A DNA stretch of 64,000 bases from Nitrospirota bacterium (GTDB lineage: Bacteria; Nitrospirota; Thermodesulfovibrionia; Thermodesulfovibrionales; JdFR-86), in the NCBI GenBank assembly GCA_963721805.1, contig CAVRJY010000002.1, positions 288,001-352,000 on the forward strand, in the 5' to 3' direction. The notes under the pieces were generated by a model. It was not told where the DNA came from. It saw nothing but the letters and a program-made list of their open reading frames with translations, and searched no databases. The position numbers were made by a program, and so were the translations under genes. Of this stretch, positions 19,723 to 29,938 are shown in pieces. Each line of letters opens with the position of its first letter. Positions within the stretch are counted from its first letter, which is position 1.

Positions 19723-22700
19723 CTATGATTCCGTTGAAGGCTCGGCCGCATTGTCGTCGCCGTAAAAATGTTTCCTGAGTTCGATGCTTTGCTCAACACG
19801 TCTTTTTTCCGACGCAATTTGCCTATTTAACCTTTCAACATAGCCTTCTGCAAAAATACGAACTTTATGTTCATCATCCATAAGCCAGTCTTCAACTTCT
19901 TTCTTCTTACCCTCATAAGCATTTACGAAGCCAAATTCCCCAGATACAACTCCGGTGCTGGACAAAACGATGTCGACATTTGTCAGCAATTCATCCTGCT
20001 CTGGCAAAGCCAATATAATTTCTCTGCAAATATCTTTAAGAAAGTAACCGCCATCGTAACTTCTGAGTATTCCCAAAACAAAAGGAATGCTGTTCTGTTG
20101 CTTTGACCTGACAAGTTCGACTAGTATTTGGTTGAAAGCAGCTGGGAAGCTTGGGAATATGCTCTTAAGCAGTTTGCCCCCTCTAAACCTAAATAATGCT
20201 GGATCAGACTCAAACCACTCTTTTGTAATCGCTACCGCTTCATCGGGAATGGAAGAAAGCGGCTCATGGAGGTTGTGAAACATATAAGGCACAGCGTCAT
20301 AACGTTCAGCTAATGCCGAGGGATTCTCCTTCTTTAATCGTTCGCCAAAAAAACTGATGACTTTTGCAGGCCATTGTTGGGCTATTTGGAATAATATTTC
20401 TTCAGCTTCATGCTGAATTGAATTCACCAACAGAAGGTTTGCCAAAATAATATCTATGCCATTTTCGTCAATCTCGGACATAAATCTTTTCAGGCTTTTC
20501 TGAAACCACATCTGATGTATCCAACCTGTGACTTTAAGCTCGGTTAATTCCGCGATAGCGGGGATAAAAAGCTCTTGCACAAGATGTTTGTGAGCCTCAC
20601 TGTAAGTAGCTATGACAGCTCTTATAACTCCGATAAGCGCCGCTTCGTCCTTCAGCTCTTTAGCCTTAATGTATAGTTTCTTTAATAGGACTTCATCTAA
20701 ATGAGCACTGCTCGATAATACCCAAGAACACAAATAAAGATTTGTGCCTGCGTCTATTTGGCTATTCAAATATTTGATTGCATGTTCTCGGCCCGCCCCT
20801 TTTAATAAACCGCCAAGTATCCCTGCTATAAAACCACCTAGCTTATCTTCATGCTTGTCTATCAAATCAAGACAGAAGTCAGGATTGGTTTGGGCCAAAT
20901 TCTCTAAGAACTGAAAAAACATCGGGAATGTAGCTAAGTCATCCGATCTCGTCTTAGCACACTTAATAATTATTTCCTTCCAGAATACTGCATTGGTATC
21001 ATTTATTGACGCGGCAAATTCTCTGATCTTTTCATTGCGGTAGGTATCGGTTCTTGTGTAATCTCTATCACCAATTTCCCAATCCTCCATAAAAATAGAT
21101 TTGAAGCCTACAAGAGTTTTGTAGATTACATACTCGACATTGGCATTTAACTTATTCCTAAGCTGCATAATATCATCAATCAGAATTTCATTTTGTTTTC
21201 TTATTGACTCGCTGTATTCTTTGGCTTTGATGCCAACGGAACGCTGATATAAAAAGAATACATCTTGTTCGATGTCCTGAAGAATATCGTATTGTTCGCT
21301 GGAAGCGACTTCACTGTAAAACTGGACGATATTGGCGCAGTCTTTCAAGACAATCTCAAGCAATTCGTCTTCATAGCTTCCTTGCCACGGCAATTGCTCA
21401 GCCTTATCCAATACCATGATGATTTTTCTCTTCTCAGTGCCTGAAGTGGTCGTTTTGTATAAATCCTTTAATAACGTTAGCGCATCACTGCGAATAACGC
21501 TAAGCTCATCGCTGCCTAGCAAATTGAGCGTCTTAAATGTAACCTGTTTGTAAGTGCTATAAGTTCCATGTGCTGTGCAGTTCAGAACCTCTGCGCATAC
21601 CCTGATTATTAAGCCTTCAAGTGCGATAATCGCGCTTGGCTCCAAATCCTTAAGCTTGCCAATCAAAGTGCTCTGCACATATATCCCTGCTTGACGCAAT
21701 ACGTCCAGATCGTAGGCTGCCAAGTGGCCCACAACCTCGTTAATCTTTTCTTTCTCCTTCTCAGTATTTGAATGAAGGTATAGTTCCATCAAAGCTGACA
21801 AGGTGGCTTCAATATCAACGTAACGCACATCATTAAGAATGTCCAAGCATTTTTCAATCACCTCTTGAGAAGTCTTCCCCGGATAATTGCCGAAAGGTCC
21901 GCTAATTGGTATTGTCGGTTTTTCCCGCGCGATAGTTGATGCTGTTCTCACAACATCAAGGATTGCATCTAGCACCTTGGGAATTTCATCATAATGCGGA
22001 AGGACATAATCTCTGTATCGTTCAAGGATATTATATAGCTGATTATTATCTGTGCTATTTTGAATTTCAGTAATAATATCTCTGTCAAACAGCTGCTTGC
22101 CAGTTAAAAGCCTTTGATAGTCATGCTGTATTTTCTGAAACTCATATCCAGCGGGAAGTAGATATTGCTCCATAAGCTTCTTTAGGCGGGCATCAATCTT
22201 TTTGAACAGGCTATCTCCAAATCCACTTGTCTCCGTCTTTTTGTAAATCATATCGTGGGCTGTTTCTGACCAAGCGTGATTAAGAATCGTATGCACTTGG
22301 ATTTCACATTTTAGTCCCGCATACTCTGAGTATTCTGGCAATTTAGTGCGCTCTTCTTTCAGTTCAACCACAAAGTGATTAGCTATGTAATATTCATTAG
22401 CTGAAGCAGTCTTATCACTAGGATAATGGATTTTAGTGCTGTCCCAATGAACATTAAAATTGTCGCGGATGGTTCCTGATCCGATTAATTTGTCTACGTC
22501 GTCATTGTAATAAAAGATTATTCGGCATCCTGCCAGATCATTTATATGTTCTTCTATAACATCTGTATGACTCAAGCCTTTAAGTTCGAGCTTTTTGGCC
22601 AATGATTCAACTTCCTTAGCCCTAACTTGTATTTGCTGTAGATGGTATCCTTTGCCTTTGATTGCAGCATTAATAATATCTCTGACGGTCTTCGCCAGCC

Positions 22701-22746
22701 GTTCATACAGCACTCGCTTATGGGCGTTATATTCTTGCAGGTTCAT
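19723..22746 (-). CDS. RelA/SpoT synthetase-domain protein with about 800-aa C-terminal extension
   Basis: RAKEVESLAKKL, DLAGCRII, EIQVHTILNHAWSETAHDMIYK in first ~200 aa; no HD/TGS/ACT recognised; AT-rich. Confidence 0.88.
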   Translation of the reverse strand: MNLQEYNAHKRVLYERLAKTVRDIINAAIKGKGYHLQQIQVRAKEVESLAKKLELKGLSHTDVIEEHINDLAGCRIIFYYNDDVDKLIGSGTIRDNFNVHWDSTKIHYPSDKTASANEYYIANHFVVELKEERTKLPEYSEYAGLKCEIQVHTILNHAWSETAHDMIYKKTETSGFGDSLFKKIDARLKKLMEQYLLPAGYEFQKIQHDYQRLLTGKQLFDRDIITEIQNSTDNNQLYNILERYRDYVLPHYDEIPKVLDAILDVVRTASTIAREKPTIPISGPFGNYPGKTSQEVIEKCLDILNDVRYVDIEATLSALMELYLHSNTEKEKEKINEVVGHLAAYDLDVLRQAGIYVQSTLIGKLKDLEPSAIIALEGLIIRVCAEVLNCTAHGTYSTYKQVTFKTLNLLGSDELSVIRSDALTLLKDLYKTTTSGTEKRKIIMVLDKAEQLPWQGSYEDELLEIVLKDCANIVQFYSEVASSEQYDILQDIEQDVFFLYQRSVGIKAKEYSESIRKQNEILIDDIMQLRNKLNANVEYVIYKTLVGFKSIFMEDWEIGDRDYTRTDTYRNEKIREFAASINDTNAVFWKEIIIKCAKTRSDDLATFPMFFQFLENLAQTNPDFCLDLIDKHEDKLGGFIAGILGGLLKGAGREHAIKYLNSQIDAGTNLYLCSWVLSSSAHLDEVLLKKLYIKAKELKDEAALIGVIRAVIATYSEAHKHLVQELFIPAIAELTELKVTGWIHQMWFQKSLKRFMSEIDENGIDIILANLLLVNSIQHEAEEILFQIAQQWPAKVISFFGERLKKENPSALAERYDAVPYMFHNLHEPLSSIPDEAVAITKEWFESDPALFRFRGGKLLKSIFPSFPAAFNQILVELVRSKQQNSIPFVLGILRSYDGGYFLKDICREIILALPEQDELLTNVDIVLSSTGVVSGEFGFVNAYEGKKKEVEDWLMDDEHKVRIFAEGYVERLNRQIASEKRRVEQSIELRKHFYGDDNAAEPSTES

Positions 22747-22981
22747 ATAATTATATTAGGCCAATGATGCCGTGATGGTCAGATCGTTGTTTCTTCATGC
22801 GCGGTTCCCATTGCATTAATTTAGCACAAAAACAAGAAATCCACCTATGCATGACTTTCCCAGTCTTTCCGTAGAAAAAGCGCCTTTACAAAAATCCATT
22901 TTCCGTCATAATTTACATCAGAATGCGAATACGGGCGAGCGCCCAATTGTATTGTAATTAAAGCCATTAAATTTCAAACAA

Positions 22982-23386
22982 ATGAATGAGGTTAAAACAT
23001 GTAATTTCGGAGAGCATCTTATGATTGATGGCTATGGCGGAGACCCCGAAAGATTAAACGACAAAGACTTGGTAATGCTTTCTTTGGTGGAGTTGCCGCA
23101 TCAGCTCGGCATGAAGAGGTTGAGCGATCCGCATGTCTATGAAGCCCCGGATAATGGGATGAAAGACCCCGGCGGCTGGAGCGGCGTTGTCATCATCGCC
23201 GAAAGCCACATCAGCATTCATACCTTCCCGCTGCGGAAGTTCGTGAGCATCGATGTCTATACCTGTATGAACGGCATAGATCGTGAATTTATCCGCAAGT
23301 ATTTTTCGGAGATATTCAAACTGCAAGATGTCGAGGAAAACTTTGTCAAAAGAGGGACGAGGTATCCGGTTTGCAATGTTTGTTAA
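22982..23386 (+). CDS. speD: SpeD-like pyruvoyl-dependent decarboxylase proenzyme (copy C)
   Basis: GEHLMIDGY, GGWSGVVIIAE-SHISIHTFP, DVYTC. Confidence 0.9.
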   Translation: MNEVKTCNFGEHLMIDGYGGDPERLNDKDLVMLSLVELPHQLGMKRLSDPHVYEAPDNGMKDPGGWSGVVIIAESHISIHTFPLRKFVSIDVYTCMNGIDREFIRKYFSEIFKLQDVEENFVKRGTRYPVCNVC

Positions 23387-23403
23387 ATAGGAAATGTTGG
23401 ATG

Positions 23404-23440
23404 AAAAAAGCGCTGAGGGGTGATACCCTAGCGCTTTTTC
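23404..23440. terminator. Bidirectional intrinsic terminator
   Basis: AAAAAAGCGCT-GAGGG..CCCT-AGCGCTTTTT between convergent genes. Confidence 0.75.
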
Positions 23441-23441
23441 T

Positions 23442-23921
23442 TTAGCCTAATGCCAAAGAGGTGAATACGAGTGTGATGACGATCAGCTCAAGGCCGATCT
23501 CTGTCCATGCGGAGTAGTAAATGAACTTGGGAAGCTTCTTGCCGCCACGGGTCAAGAGATAGCCCGGCGCGATGAACGTCACCGCGCAGTTCATGGCGAA
23601 TCCAGTCCAGCCGATTTTGCCTATGAACTTGAGCTTGGAAACATCCACGGAGTCGATGGCCTTAAAGAACTTGCCGAACTCCAAGTGCTGAAGATGCTCC
23701 AGCACGTTGACTCCCATGGCCGACAGGATCATGATGAGCCCCGTGGTGTAGAAAATCTCCACGACCCCGACGATCATCAGATAGGTGGTGCCGGATACGC
23801 CCATCTCCGCTGTCATTTGCTTCCGTTTCTGAATGACTCGCGCCACAATCACGATGACGATGGCCATAGTGATCATAGTCGTGAAGTTAATCAGCAGGCG
23901 GATTGTGTCGCCCAGATTCAT
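23442..23921 (-). CDS. Small polytopic membrane protein
   Basis: AAGGAGG RBS, ATGA overlap with upstream gene, about 4 hydrophobic segments. Confidence 0.8.
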   Translation of the reverse strand: MNLGDTIRLLINFTTMITMAIVIVIVARVIQKRKQMTAEMGVSGTTYLMIVGVVEIFYTTGLIMILSAMGVNVLEHLQHLEFGKFFKAIDSVDVSKLKFIGKIGWTGFAMNCAVTFIAPGYLLTRGGKKLPKFIYYSAWTEIGLELIVITLVFTSLALG

Positions 23922-24709
23922 GACTTCCTCCTTCCTATGTCTTCCGGCAGTCGCAGGAAAAGCTTCTTCCCGATCCACCGGATTACCGGCTTCAGAAACG
24001 GCAGAGCCTTTGTGACTCTGTAAAGCGGATTATCCCACCTGATCAGAACGCCGTAGTTAAGGCTGTCCGGGTCATCCATGTATTCCGGGATGATCTCCTC
24101 GATCTCGAAGCCGTCCTTCAGGTAGAAGTAAAGTTCCGGGTCGAGCGGCTTTCCGTTTCTCCTCTTGCCATAGACATAGTCCTCGACCTTGATGTCCCGG
24201 TGCTTGTGGTAGCTGGGGATTCGCGAGCCAATATATCCAGCTTTCAATCCCTCTCCTATGATTCCCACCAAGACTGTGGCGAGGACGAGTTTGTCGGATA
24301 CCTTCTTAGGTGCCTCTCTTGTGACAGAGAGATCAACCCCAAAGCCCAGATTGCCAGTTGGCACATGAGTAGTGAGATAGCCATTGCCCGTTTTTTCGAG
24401 CCAAGACTTGTTCTTTCGAAGCTCTTCCTCTGTTGTGAATATGTTATTTAGTGTAGCAACCATCTTCCCATTCGCAAAAGCACAGTAAGTGGTTTGCGGA
24501 CAGATTTTGAAGTGGCTTTTTACCTTGTCCACGGTCCATAAGTATTCGTCTTTCGTTATGGCCCCCCAGACCTCTCTGTTTATGCGCACAAAATCATGCG
24601 CTAGCTGGTCCGCGTCATATCCTCTCTCCAAGAGGTCACTGACTCTGGTTACGACAAAGTCATTTCCAGCCCTTTTTAGGCTGAAGAAAGCCTTTATCTT
24701 GCTAGACAT
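23918..24709 (-). CDS. GNAT-like protein
   Basis: GYLTTHVPTG..FGVDLSV, GSRIPSYH, DPELYFYLKDGFEI..IIPEYMDDPDSLNYGVLIRWDNP resemble a GNAT subfamily; AAGGAGG RBS. Confidence 0.75.
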   Translation of the reverse strand: MSSKIKAFFSLKRAGNDFVVTRVSDLLERGYDADQLAHDFVRINREVWGAITKDEYLWTVDKVKSHFKICPQTTYCAFANGKMVATLNNIFTTEEELRKNKSWLEKTGNGYLTTHVPTGNLGFGVDLSVTREAPKKVSDKLVLATVLVGIIGEGLKAGYIGSRIPSYHKHRDIKVEDYVYGKRRNGKPLDPELYFYLKDGFEIEEIIPEYMDDPDSLNYGVLIRWDNPLYRVTKALPFLKPVIRWIGKKLFLRLPEDIGRRKS

Positions 24710-24750
24710 CGATCCCTCCTTGAGTTCGTTATTTTAAGGTGCAACCAGCC

Positions 24751-24778
24751 ATATTAGCACAAACACGAAATTTGTCAA
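24751..24778 (-). promoter_or_regulatory. sigma70-type promoter for the GNAT/membrane pair
   Basis: Minus strand TTGACA-16 nt-TAATAT with TG extended -10. Confidence 0.55.
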
Positions 24779-24898
24779 ACGCCCGTTAAAGTATTATACT
24801 GACATAAAGGAATCAATCTTTTTTGCGGCTATAGTTATCGCATTTGCGGATTCCCTGATAGCGTCTAATCAAATCATTATTCGCCTAGAAAATAAACA

Positions 24899-26665
24899 AT
24901 GTTTGGTGATGATCTTGTCTTATTCTTAATAGTGCTCACCCTCATTTTGTGCTTGGGTGTTGTTATCTATATTCAGAACCGGAAAAATGCGCTGCATAAA
25001 TCTTTCCTTTATCTTTCTATTGCAATTGCAATCTGGGTATTCGCCAATTACATGGAAGATGCAGTATCGCTCTATAGTTTGAAAGCCGTTCTCACTCAAA
25101 TTGATTTTATCTCTGCTCTATATATGGCATATTTCTTTTTTGATTTCTGCTATGTCTTCTCTAAGGACCAAGTGCAAATACCAAGGATAAGCATTTACAG
25201 GAAAATATTATTTTCCATCTCGATCCTGTTTTCCTTATTGATATTGTTTTCTCAGGCAGTCATCGGGCACGTTCTTTTGTCGAATGGGGTTAGCAATCCG
25301 GTATATGGGAATTTGCACTTTCCGTATATTGCCTATTTAGTTTTAGTTGATCTCATGGGTTTATGGTTTCTCTTGATTAAATATGCAAAAGAAGATTCCT
25401 CTACAAAAAAACAAACTGTCTCAGTATTCCTCGGTTCTTTCTTGGTCGTCATTGCAATGGTAATTGCGAATATAGTTTTGCCTATGATAATGGGATACAG
25501 CTCAAATTTTCTGTTTTTATCGCGCTTAGGGGTTTACAGTGTATTAATCCTCATCGGATTCATGAGCTATTCAATTGCCAAGAGCAATTTCCTGAATATC
25601 AAGATTATTACGGCGCAACTTTTTTCAATCGCAATGGTGCTTGTGTTTTTCTATGAGATACTCTCTTCGCAAAGTAAGCAGGAACTATTCTTGCGGATAA
25701 TCCTTTTCCTTCTGGTTTTGTATTTTGCTTCGATGATCGTTACTTACGTCAAGCTGGAAGTCAAAAGAAAAGAAGAAGTGGAAATGCTCAACAAGGAAAT
25801 CAACGAACGCAAAGAAGAACTGCAAAAGATGTCAGACTCTCTGGCCGTCGCCAACGATCAGATGAAAAAGCTGGATCGCGCCAAATCCGAATTCATTTCC
25901 CGCGCCTCTCATGACTTACGAACACCGCTCACCGGCATCAAAGGCTATGTCTCGATGCTGGCGGAAGGCTCCTATGGGGAAGTGACTGACAAGCAAAAAG
26001 ACATTCTGGGCAAAACCTATTCCATCGGCGAAGGCATGCTGAGTCTGGTTGAAGACCTCCTCAGCGCCTCCAAGCTTGAAGCTCAAGGAATGTCGTATGA
26101 ATTCGGCAAATGGAAAATCGAAGATGTTTGCCAGCAGATTGTCGATACACTCTATCCCAAGGCCAAAGGCATGGGGCTCTACCTCGATTACCAGAAACCG
26201 CAAGAGGTCTTGCCGGAACTGGTCATTGATGGCAGGAGGATCAAAGAGGCCATTTCCAATCTGGTGGATAATGCGGTCAAGTATTCCAAACAGGGAGGCG
26301 TGACGGTGCGTCTGGAGCGCGCAGAGGCCTCCAATTACCAGCCGCCAGTCACCAGCAATCCCAATGAGAAGTTCACGATGATCACTGGGGCGGTGGCGAG
26401 AATCACAATATCCGATACCGGCATCGGCATTCCGAAAGACGAAATCCCATATCTATTCGCCAAATTCTCCCGTGGCAAGGATACGACGCGCCTCAATGCC
26501 GGTGGCACCGGCTTGGGCCTGTATATCTGCAAAGGCTTCATCGAGGGCAACGGCGGCAAGATTTGGGTGGAGTCCGAGGGTGACGGCAAAGGCTCGCGCT
26601 TTATCGTGGAGCTACCGATTGAAACACCCAAGGATATTTTGGAGCAATCAGTGGATAAGAATTAA
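24899..26665 (+). CDS. Sensor histidine kinase with multi-TM N-terminal domain
   Basis: Long hydrophobic N-terminus; SHDLRTPL H-box, NLVDNAVKY, DTGIGI, GTGLGL. Confidence 0.95.
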   Translation: MFGDDLVLFLIVLTLILCLGVVIYIQNRKNALHKSFLYLSIAIAIWVFANYMEDAVSLYSLKAVLTQIDFISALYMAYFFFDFCYVFSKDQVQIPRISIYRKILFSISILFSLLILFSQAVIGHVLLSNGVSNPVYGNLHFPYIAYLVLVDLMGLWFLLIKYAKEDSSTKKQTVSVFLGSFLVVIAMVIANIVLPMIMGYSSNFLFLSRLGVYSVLILIGFMSYSIAKSNFLNIKIITAQLFSIAMVLVFFYEILSSQSKQELFLRIILFLLVLYFASMIVTYVKLEVKRKEEVEMLNKEINERKEELQKMSDSLAVANDQMKKLDRAKSEFISRASHDLRTPLTGIKGYVSMLAEGSYGEVTDKQKDILGKTYSIGEGMLSLVEDLLSASKLEAQGMSYEFGKWKIEDVCQQIVDTLYPKAKGMGLYLDYQKPQEVLPELVIDGRRIKEAISNLVDNAVKYSKQGGVTVRLERAEASNYQPPVTSNPNEKFTMITGAVARITISDTGIGIPKDEIPYLFAKFSRGKDTTRLNAGGTGLGLYICKGFIEGNGGKIWVESEGDGKGSRFIVELPIETPKDILEQSVDKN

Positions 26666-26673
26666 TTATATAC

Positions 26674-27063
26674 ATGAAAGAAATCCTGCTATTACTCAAC
26701 CGTGAACCTGAGAAGTTCTTCATCTATGAGGAACGGTTCAAGCGCGAACGGTGGGCGATGTTTGCCATGTCCAGCTTCAAGAACGTGCTGGATTATGCCG
26801 CACTGGACGATCCCGATCTTATCCTGTTCGATCTGAATTACGCAGGCGAGGCGCAAAAGGGTCTGGACTTCCTCAAAGAGTTCAAAGCCAGCCAGCGCTA
26901 CCGGCACATCCCGATCATTGTTTTGGCTGACGCGGACGATGAGGACTTGAGACGAAAAGTTAAAAAACTCGGCATTGAGGATTACGCGGTGAAATCGCAG
27001 ACGGATACGGAAGAGCTGGTGCGGAGAATCAAGGGCGTGCTACCAACGGAGCCTGAAGCTTAA
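26674..27063 (+). CDS. Stand-alone receiver domain, atypical
   Basis: PDLILFDL, IPIIVL, DYAVK; acidic pocket replaced by LNRE. Confidence 0.8.
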   Translation: MKEILLLLNREPEKFFIYEERFKRERWAMFAMSSFKNVLDYAALDDPDLILFDLNYAGEAQKGLDFLKEFKASQRYRHIPIIVLADADDEDLRRKVKKLGIEDYAVKSQTDTEELVRRIKGVLPTEPEA

Positions 27064-27076
27064 TAATCACAAAACT

Positions 27077-27475
27077 ATGGAAAACAAGAAAACCAAGAAA
27101 ATATTGATGATCGAAGACGGTGAAATCTTCATCGAGATGTTCGGCGACCGCTTGAAGCAGGCCGGATATGAGGTTGAGTTTGCCAATAACGGAGCGTGGG
27201 GCATCAAGGAAGCGCTGAGCAATGACTTTGATCTGTTTATCATCGATATGCTGATGCCAGCGATGACCGGGGAAGAGATGATCACCAAGCTGAAACTGGA
27301 TGACAAGACCAAGAACATCCCGATAATCGTTTTGTCTGCCTCGGTGGACCATGAAACCCAGAAACGGGTGGAGACGATGGGCATCAGCGCGTTTTATCTG
27401 AAAACCCATATCACGCCGAGCGAGTTGGTGAAAAAGGCGGCGGAAATCCTCGGGTATGCCAAGATTCCTGAATAA
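27077..27475 (+). CDS. Stand-alone response regulator receiver (CheY-like)
   Basis: KKILMIEDG, DLFIIDMLMP, IPIIVLSA, FYLK. Confidence 0.92.
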   Translation: MENKKTKKILMIEDGEIFIEMFGDRLKQAGYEVEFANNGAWGIKEALSNDFDLFIIDMLMPAMTGEEMITKLKLDDKTKNIPIIVLSASVDHETQKRVETMGISAFYLKTHITPSELVKKAAEILGYAKIPE

Positions 27476-27513
27476 TCCGGGGGACTCGGCTGGCCAGAGG
27501 CCCTATTTTGCCC

Positions 27514-28053
27514 CTATAGGCCGCTCAGAAGGCCCGTCAGGCTGTCGTAGCCTAGAATATAGAGCTTGGCCCATACGAACATCTGAAAACCGCTTGCAAA
27601 GACGAATAGGCACACCCGGAGCAAATTCGATGGGATTCTTTCCCGAAAGAAGATCAGCAGATGAGCCGAACCATCCCAGAGCAGCAGTCGGATGACAATA
27701 CAGGTCTCGATCAGGATGCCTACAACCTTTGTCCGCTTGGTGATGGCATTACTGAGCTTTCTTAGTGACTGCATGAGGGTAATATCCAGCTTAAACCTAT
27801 CCCCAAATACAATAACGGCACCCGAAACCATAAGATTCAGCCCCCAGAGGATCAACCATATTGGGGTGTCGGTAAGCCCGTAATGTTTGAGAAGCGTAAC
27901 TATGGCGGCAGTTACCGCAACCAGAAACCATTCAGTGGCGTATAAGGACGGCACGAAGATAGCGGTAGCGATACCTTTTCTGCTGAGTTCTCGTTCATCT
28001 CCCGTGCTATCAACTGCCACCCACTCGGAAAGTTTTCTTTGCCATTTTCTCAT
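27514..28053 (-). CDS. Small polytopic membrane protein
   Basis: ATGA overlap with GNAT; 4-5 hydrophobic segments. Confidence 0.8.
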   Translation of the reverse strand: MRKWQRKLSEWVAVDSTGDERELSRKGIATAIFVPSLYATEWFLVAVTAAIVTLLKHYGLTDTPIWLILWGLNLMVSGAVIVFGDRFKLDITLMQSLRKLSNAITKRTKVVGILIETCIVIRLLLWDGSAHLLIFFRERIPSNLLRVCLFVFASGFQMFVWAKLYILGYDSLTGLLSGL

Positions 28054-28607
28054 TCGGGAGTGACCTTCTGGTTTATCTTCGGTGAATTGGTATATGTGCC
28101 TTCGATATAATCAGTTGGTTCGGTTCCGTTATAGTATTTCCAGTTCTCAATCCTTCTTACCAGCGTCACCATGTCTTTATAGTATCTCTGTATAACCTGA
28201 CTCAGCCCATTGTCCACCCTTGAGTGCATGGATACCTTATTGCATCCTCTTGCCATGGATTCTTCGATGAGTTTTGAAAGCATCCGTAAGAAGCCCCGCC
28301 CTTTGCGGAACTCAGGCAGAATGGACATGGTTTCAACGTAATATCGTTGTCCATCCTCTCGCATCAAAGGGTCATCTTCTTTCAGTTCTTCAACGGCTTT
28401 GTTCTGAGGCAAGGCTAATAGGTATCCAACGATTTTGGCATCTTCTTTTAACAGAATAAAAATATTGCTATAATCCTTCATCATTTCTCTATTGTATTGT
28501 TCGTAATCTTCGTCTTGCCATTCATCCGGGAAAGACAAACTATCAACCTGAAGAATCTCCCGCAAAACCTGCTCATCAAACTCTGTGATGACTTCAGCAA
28601 TTTGCAT
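28050..28607 (-). CDS. GNAT N-acyltransferase
   Basis: IVGYLLA, YVETMSILPEFRKGRG acyl-CoA binding motif A. Confidence 0.88.
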   Translation of the reverse strand: MQIAEVITEFDEQVLREILQVDSLSFPDEWQDEDYEQYNREMMKDYSNIFILLKEDAKIVGYLLALPQNKAVEELKEDDPLMREDGQRYYVETMSILPEFRKGRGFLRMLSKLIEESMARGCNKVSMHSRVDNGLSQVIQRYYKDMVTLVRRIENWKYYNGTEPTDYIEGTYTNSPKINQKVTPE

Positions 28608-28609
28608 CG

Positions 28610-29926
28610 TTATTTCAAATAGCCCCATTTTCTCAGCAATGCCTTATCCTTTTCAATAAACTGAAGACCAATGTCATTTCTATAAAACATCTTGGGTATC
28701 AGGATTTTGTCTGTCAATTCATATGCTTTATCTCTTGCCTTTTGAACTGTTTTCCCAACGCCTGTAACACACATAACATACCCGCCATTAGCGGATATGA
28801 CATATTCCTGTTCATCGCTACTATTAACATCCGATGAAACTTCCGAGAAATGTATATGCGTCCATTCTTCGTCAGTTAATTTCTGACGAAAGAATATCCT
28901 CAATCCTTGCGGATTATACTTACCGTTGATAGGAGTGTAAGGAAATGGAGGAACGGCAAGCAGGACTACAATACCGAAGCCTCTTCTCCATTTCAGATCA
29001 AAGGGTTTACCATCAGCTATTGCCTTTAATAATTCACCCGACTTGGACAGATTGAGGACACTTCGCAGATGCACGGCTGGATAGCCAAATCTTGGAGTAG
29101 CCTCTAAGGGGGTGGCCCCTGTTTCGTTGACAATACAATTGATGTCAATATCTCCCCTAAAGTCTATTTTCTGGAGATAGGGTTTCAGTTTTGCAAGAGT
29201 TTCATTAAACAGTTTGTTGTCCTCATTGTCGTCATACCACATGAGCGTTCCCATCTCTGATGTCTTTGGACCAAGATTTCCGGGGAACAATTTCTTGTGC
29301 TCGATATTCATTTCAATGGGGCCGACCCAATCTTTCCCGTTAAAATACCGCGCAACAGCTATCTCAACTCCATTGACCATTTGTTGTAAATCAATGGAGC
29401 GGCACTCCGTGTTATTAAACTTTGCATAATTACTGAGCAGGCTGATTACATCACTGCCGTCGGGCATTCTTCCAACATAAGAAAAACATTTATCAGCATG
29501 ACCATTTTGTTTAACAACCCATTGCCCACGATTTTTCTCAATAAAAGTTATAGCATCCTTAGGTGATACGAAATGCCGTGATTGCACAGTCTTCAACCCG
29601 CATTTCTTGAATATTTGTTGTGCATGGAACCTGTCAAACTCTAAACTATCGCCACCCTCCGAGCCGCCCACTACGGAATATCCCTGCTCCCTGAGCTCAT
29701 CCTGTATTTTCCCAAACCCCGACTGGTCAAAAATTATGAGACCATCCTTGCCGACCCATGGGAGTTCTTTTTCCCAATTTTTCACTTTGGTCAGTCCGAA
29801 GCCATCACCGACCTTTGAAAAAGCTCGTTCTTTGATGAATACCTTTACTTCATGCCCTTCCTGTTTCAGCCTTTGAGCAAGGTCTAATATATCACCATCT
29901 CTGCTTATTATTATTATTATTCTCAT
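28610..29926 (-). CDS. PurD/GARS-like ATP-grasp ligase (divergent)
   Basis: LEFDRFHAQ, WVVKQNG, EHKKLFPGNLGPKTSEMG, LEATPRFGYP, C-terminal YRNDIG; lacks canonical PurD GSGGREHA. Confidence 0.85.
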   Translation of the reverse strand: MRIIIIISRDGDILDLAQRLKQEGHEVKVFIKERAFSKVGDGFGLTKVKNWEKELPWVGKDGLIIFDQSGFGKIQDELREQGYSVVGGSEGGDSLEFDRFHAQQIFKKCGLKTVQSRHFVSPKDAITFIEKNRGQWVVKQNGHADKCFSYVGRMPDGSDVISLLSNYAKFNNTECRSIDLQQMVNGVEIAVARYFNGKDWVGPIEMNIEHKKLFPGNLGPKTSEMGTLMWYDDNEDNKLFNETLAKLKPYLQKIDFRGDIDINCIVNETGATPLEATPRFGYPAVHLRSVLNLSKSGELLKAIADGKPFDLKWRRGFGIVVLLAVPPFPYTPINGKYNPQGLRIFFRQKLTDEEWTHIHFSEVSSDVNSSDEQEYVISANGGYVMCVTGVGKTVQKARDKAYELTDKILIPKMFYRNDIGLQFIEKDKALLRKWGYLK

Positions 29927-29938
29927 GGTTGTTACAGG

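Noticed and set aside
28610..29926. Housekeeping purD assignment
   Set aside because: Missing the N-terminal PurD signature, no pur neighbours, located on an island.
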